Assembly: GCA_010356995.1 (NCBI GenBank)
Contig: ML996700.1
Location: forward strand, 496,001 to 560,000
Length of the DNA: 64,000 bases
DNA from: Trichodelitschia bisporula
Taxonomy: Eukaryota
Direction of reading: 5' to 3'
Shown: in pieces, positions 59,015 to 64,000 of the stretch
Position numbering within the stretch: the stretch's first letter is position 1
Layout: each line of letters starts with the position of its first letter
The notes under the pieces: model-generated
What the model saw: the letters and a program-made list of their open reading frames with translations, nothing else
Databases searched by the model: none
Told to the model about the DNA's origin: nothing
Translations under genes and position numbers: made by a program

Positions 59015-59587
59015 GTTGTTGGAGTACCTACATCCGTATAGATGCGGTTCGAGTCCTATGGCCCTATTCGAGTCCTAGATGTTGGTTGCAACAGAGGCCG
59101 CATGTCAACGGTGCGTGATTGGGTGCGCTGAGATGGCGGGATCAGTGATACCTGGGCGAGATCACATCGTCGGAGAGCTGGAATGGACATGGCGAGGTTC
59201 CTTTCGATCCTCCCGCAACTAACTGCGTACTTTTACCTGTGATCGGTTGGCTTGAGTTCGTGAAGGGCAGTGATGCTTGGGGTGTGAGGCCTGTCGGCGT
59301 AAGGTTAGGGCTGACAGTTGATATTATGGCGAAGCCTTTTCGATCGACCCCGCAGCCAACCTCTTAGCTGCATTTGTGATTGGGTAGGCTGAGCTCGCGG
59401 GAGTGGTGATACTTATGTAAGTGAAATGCCTGTGATGGATGGGCTGGACTTGGATATGGCGATGTGTTCTTGCTCTGAGGGGTTACCTGAAGGGACAAGG
59501 GCAAGCTTGAAAAGTCGTGCCGCCTCCTCTCGAGATTTTAGCAGAGGAGTCTCGGCGGGCGTGTGCATGACTTCTTTTTGTGAGTGC

Positions 59588-59705
59588 TCTGGAAGGATCA
59601 TATACCATTCTCGGGTGAAGGTGCTTGCCGAAGGAAGAAGCATTGGAAGGACATCGTGTATACATTCTGGAGACCCTCTCGACTCCCTTCTTTTCTTCGT
59701 CAATC
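59588..59705 (+). repeat. Dispersed AGGAGCA element, copy D (box 2 onward only)
   Basis: GGAAGGATCATAT (box at 59594), GAAGGAAGAAG, CATCGT (59652; +58), CTGGAGACCCT, CT tract. Confidence 0.65.
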
Positions 59706-60952
59706 ACAGTCTTCACTTTACACCGACGGGAGGCCAGAGATCGTGTACTGCGGTATGCCCTGCGAGGCTGACACGCTCGGCGCATCCTCACCGTAGGGTA
59801 CCCGTAATTGGCCATGTCGGCCAGCGCAGATCAGGCATGCAGTCCCATCTCAAGTCGAAGCGAAGCAGTGCAACCCAAGCTGCCACCACGAACATAAGCG
59901 ACCAACGCCGGCCCCCTCAGCAGCAGCCTAACCGGACGATATGCCCCGACCACATGTGCGCCACGCAAGCACTCGTATTCTCCTCGGGATTCCAAACGCC
60001 TCCCCCGCCGCCGAACTTCAACTCGCCGTCAGCCTTATTGCACTTCGCATCTCAGTCGCCGCGAAGGCCACGAGGTGAGTTAGCCTTAAATCTCGGCTCC
60101 GGAGCTCCCTCCCCCCTCGCCCCCACGGCGCCGGGCCTCGCACCGCCTTTGGCCCTAGCCGCCAATGCCGCCTCGGCAGGCAACCGACCGGGCGCGCGGT
60201 GCGATTGGCGCGCGGAGATGGAGTCGAATGGGGGAGGGAAAGCGGGAGGGGCGGCGCGGTGTGACGGAGGGGGTCCCGAGGGGCGGAGGCGGAGTCGCCG
60301 AGAGAGAGGAGGGGTGGGAGCTTACGGGTCTTGATAGTTGAGTTCGTTGTTCGGGTCCTTTGTTTGATGGCCGATGCCTCGCTGCCCGACCTGCGCTCGG
60401 CTGTGGAAGCGGGAGAAACCCGTCCGTTAACCCCTTTGGCTGGCTGGGTGCAGGCGGTTGACGGCGTGCGTGCGCCACCAACCGGCGAGACGACATCATG
60501 GCGTCCTGCGGCGCTCAGCATCGCTAACTACGGTACCCTGTCGCATCTCACTTTGTTGCTAACGTATTAGCATCTAGCCAATTCCTTACCGGTACACCTC
60601 TCCTTCCAACACACCCCCTCCTTGTTCCAACAACCCCCGCATCGCTTCTCCCCGCACGCTGGAGTCCTAATTGGCAACCTCCGCCCTCCCCCTCCTGTCA
60701 ATCACAGGCTCGTCGCCGATCGAACATACCTCGGAGCCGGCGCCTTCGTCAAATACGGGTCAGGCCGACCATCCTACTGTCTGACCTATCCATGTCAATT
60801 GCGCGCTCCTTTACGTCGTCACTACGAGTAGTGCTAGGGCAGCATAATATAAAGGCCGTCCGTCTCGGCACCCAACATCCCGCTAGCATCCAACACCTCC
60901 GCACATCACCACCCCGCCACCTGGTCGTTAATCGAACCTCCCACCTTCCGCA

Positions 60953-62526
60953 ATGGCTCTCACCACGTTCCTGGCCACCGCCTTCGGCGTGCTGAGCATC
61001 ATCTACTACGCCTACAAGCACATCACCACCCTCCAGGCCCGCAAACGCCTCGCCGCGCAACACGGCTGCCAACCCCTAATGCACTTCGTCCCCGCGCACA
61101 ACCCGCTCGTCGACTTCACGATCATGAAAGAAAGCATCAAAGCCGCCAGAGACCACACCCTGCTCTCGGTAATCCAAGCCCGCTTCCAGAAATCAGCAAA
61201 CACGTTCGGCGCGCGCCTGATCCGAAAACCCATCGTCGCCACCGTCGAGCCAGCAAACATAAAAACCATCCTCAGCACGCACTTCAAGGACTACTCCCTC
61301 GGCGCCCGCATCGACAGCCTCGGCCCGCTGCTGGGCATGGGCATCTTCACCACCGACGGCGCCATCTGGGCGCATTCCCGCGCTCTCATCCGGCCCAACT
61401 TCGCAAAGGACCAAGTCGCAGACCTCGCCTCCTTCGAGCGCCACATGCAGTCCCTGCTCAAGCTCATCCCGCGCGACGGCTCCACCGTGGATCTGCAATC
61501 CCTGTTCTTTAGCTTCACAATCGACTCCGCGACCGAGTTCCTCTTCGGCACGAGCACTAACACGCTCGCTATGGCTGTCGCGGGCCGCGAGGCGGGCGAC
61601 GCGGAGCGCTTCGCGGTCGCGTTTAACGTGGCGCAGGATGCGTGTGCGCAGCGCTTTCGCCGCGGGTTCCTTGCCCGCTTCCGGCGCGATCCAGAGGGCG
61701 ACGCGGCGACGGCTGAGTGTCACGCTTTCGTGGATCAGTTCGTGGATGAGGCGGTGCGGTACCGCGCGGATGTAGAGAAGGGTCTGGCTAAGGAGGACAA
61801 ATACGTGTTTCTGCACGAGCTGGCGAAGGCGACGAGCGATAAGCGGCAGCTGCGGGATGAGTTGCTTAATGTGCTGCTTGCGGGGCGCGATACGACGGCG
61901 AGTCTGCTGAGTAATATGTGGTTTATGCTTGCGAAGCATCCGGAGGTGTGGGCGAAGCTGCGCAGGGAGGTGGAGCAGGAACTGCAGGGACGGTTGCCGA
62001 CGTATGAGCAGCTGCGCAACTTGAAGTACCTCAAGTACTGCATGAACGAGTGTAGGTCGCCCTTCTTTCTTTCCATATACGAGCTAACCCGACCCCGCCA
62101 GCCCTCCGCCTCCACCCCGTTGTCCCCTCTAACTCCCGCCTCGCCCTCGTCGACACCATCCTCCCCCTCGGCGGCGGGCCCGACTCCAAATCCCCCCTGC
62201 TCATCCCCGCCGGCACGCTCGTCACCTACAGTCCCTACGCCATGCACCGGCGCACCGACCTGTTCGGGCCTGACGCCGCGGATTTCAAGCCGGAACGGTG
62301 GGAGACGCTCCGGCCTGGGTGGGAGTATCTGCCGTTTAATGGGGGCCCGAGGATATGTCTGGGCCAGCAGTATGCGCTTACGGAGGCAGGATACGTGACG
62401 GTTAGGTTGTTGCAGGAGTTTGAGAGGTGTGAGGATCGGGATGGGGGGGTGTGGGAGGAGAGTTTGACGTTGACGGTTTGTTCGCGGAATGGGACTAAGG
62501 TTGGCTTGACGCCGGTGGAGAAGTAA
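60953..62526 (+). CDS. Cytochrome P450, CYP52-like alkane/fatty-acid hydroxylase, ~507 aa; intron 62052-62101
   Basis: [30 protein letters not shown], ExxR (ESLR after splicing), FKPERW and heme motif [21 protein letters not shown] near 60848. Confidence 0.93.
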
Positions 62527-62986
62527 GTGGGTAACTGGGCATGTACACTACTGTACTCTGATGAGCAGATGATGGGTTCTGGTAGACGGGTTTTGGGATG
62601 GGAATCGGAGCATGGGGTTTGGACTTTGGACACTGTGGTGAGCCTGAACTGTACGGATGTAGAGTATCCCGCTCCGAAAAACAACGCGTTGGTTGGCGTT
62701 TCAGACTCGCCCTCCTGCATCTGCCGTGCAACGGGCCGCCCGTTGCCCTGATTAGATGAGCCGCAAGGCGAGGTTCTGACGTTATCGATAGGGTAGGGCG
62801 GGGTAGGGCGATCACAGCGATTGCTGCACGTGGAGGGCTTCCCGAAGCTCCCGAAATAAGGTCAATACTGACGATAGGGCAGAGAAGTTCATCGTCATCA
62901 TGAACTTCCATCCTCATCTTCACGATGCTACTTCCACGCTCACATGTTCAACATCTCCCATCCGCATCGCACCACCAGCACACCCC

Positions 62987-63150
62987 TGATGTGGGTATAG
63001 AAGGAGCACTGTCATGTCAGGAAGGAGCATATGATGTAATGCTCGTATGATCGAAGGAAGGAGTAAAGGAAGATACTTGGCATCGTGAATTTAAACCTCG
63101 AGAGCCTCTTCCTCTCTTCGTCTCTTCGTCTCTTCGTCTTCCCCTTCAAT
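62987..63150 (+). repeat. Dispersed AGGAGCA double-box element, copy C
   Basis: TGATGT (62987), AGGAGCA (63002), AGGAGCATATGATGTAATG (63023; +21), CATCGT (63081), CTCGAGAGCCT, CT tract. Confidence 0.85.
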
Positions 63151-63939
63151 CTCCAGTTTACATACTCGCAGATGTTATTGCCTGTGTCCCGAGCCTTGCT
63201 CCCATCAACCCCCCCTCCTCTCCCCTTTCCAGCATCATCAGCTCATCAGCCATACATTAACACAGCGCCTCCAATATCCCCAATTCTCTCGATGCCTAAG
63301 GGGAGCCTTTCTAACCGCCGCACTCCCTTCGCGCCGCACCACGCTCCACCATGCCCATCAGCCCCACCGGCCGCTACCCGCCCGGCCCCGCAGCCTCAGC
63401 ACATCGGCGCCCGCCCCGCAGGCTAACTCGCCGCCATGTGTGTCAGACCACGCCAAAAGTCGTGGCCGCTCACCTACACACCTTCGCAGACAAGGTCGGT
63501 CACGATCTTCCCAAGCGGCCATTGGACCATGAGCCCTCTCAAAAAGTAATGGCTGCCCAGCCTGCCCATCTTGCGAGCTAGAGCAGCGACGACTTTTCTT
63601 ACCCCTCATTGGGCATCCGCACCCAGCCGCCCCCAGACCGGGCCGCCTAATCGGCCCCGCATCCAGCCAATCAAACAACAGCGCTTCGCCCACATCCCGA
63701 GCGGGCGCGTGCGCGGGCGCGTAGCGCAGGCCAGTCAGGACAAGGCTGGGACCGCACACCTCCACCTTCTCGAGGGTACAAGATGCGTACACGGCCGCGT
63801 TTCACGGCCGCTAAAGGAGGGAGTTAATTTCCAGCGAACGCATCTGTGATCATCCTCTGTCTGCTCCGTGAAGCAACGTGAAGCAAGGACCCGTACGACA
63901 TTACCTCACGCGGTTAAAACCCCGCACCCGCACTCCGCC

Positions 63940-64000
63940 ATGGCTGCGAATACCGCTACCGCTACCGCGCCCGCGAAGCCCGCGCTGCATATCTTCCCGC
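63940..64000 (+). CDS. Probable start of a gene running off the window (MAANTATATAPAKPALHIFP...)
   Basis: ATG in strong context CCGCCATGG; open to the window end, but only 20 codons are visible. Confidence 0.4.
   Translation, partial: MAANTATATAPAKPALHIFP

Noticed and set aside
60953..62526. Secondary-metabolite cluster around the P450
   Set aside because: No PKS, NRPS or terpene synthase is visible in the window; CYP52 enzymes commonly stand alone.
62884..62908. 9-bp hairpin GAAGTTCAT/ATGAACTTC upstream of element copy C
   Set aside because: Short, and not present at the other copies.
42964..63150. Box C/D snoRNA interpretation of the dispersed element (TGATG boxes)
   Set aside because: TGATGT is not the RTGATGA consensus, and CTGA D boxes and terminal stems are not consistently present.

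Overview
Fungal (Pezizomycotina, probably Dothideomycete-like; inference) euchromatic window with about 22 intron-containing or single-exon protein genes and very short introns (41-60 nt typical). Recognisable genes: HAC1/hacA with an intact 20-nt Ire1-type intron, a Clr5-domain protein, a YgaY-like MFS transporter, Ish1/Msc1, a Cid1-family terminal uridylyltransferase, RidA/Mmf1, an HGT1-like sugar porter, a Taz1/TRF-like Myb protein, an RNPS1-like SR/RRM protein, glucosidase II beta, a VPS9-domain GEF, ATG15 and a CYP52 P450. The most unusual signal is not a gene. It is a dispersed ~100-170 bp composite element with nearly fixed internal spacing: (TGATGT)-AGGAGCA-[20-22 nt period]-AGGA(A/G)CAT-purine-rich segment-CATC(A/G)T about 55-60 nt after box 2-CT tract. 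It occurs at least 8 times on both strands, always intergenic, and mostly heads gene-like C-rich-to-G-rich stretches that lack a convincing ORF. Other points of interest: a tandem cluster of 4-5 tiny Met-Cys-starting Cys/His-rich ORFs with a duplicated leader, one carrying a stop at codon 3; a likely second promoter and in-frame RGG gene inside the TUTase ORF; and a Gag-capsid-like insert in the TUTase catalytic domain. No rRNA, tRNA, CRISPR array or intact transposon was seen. All calls come from manual reading; no database searches were run.
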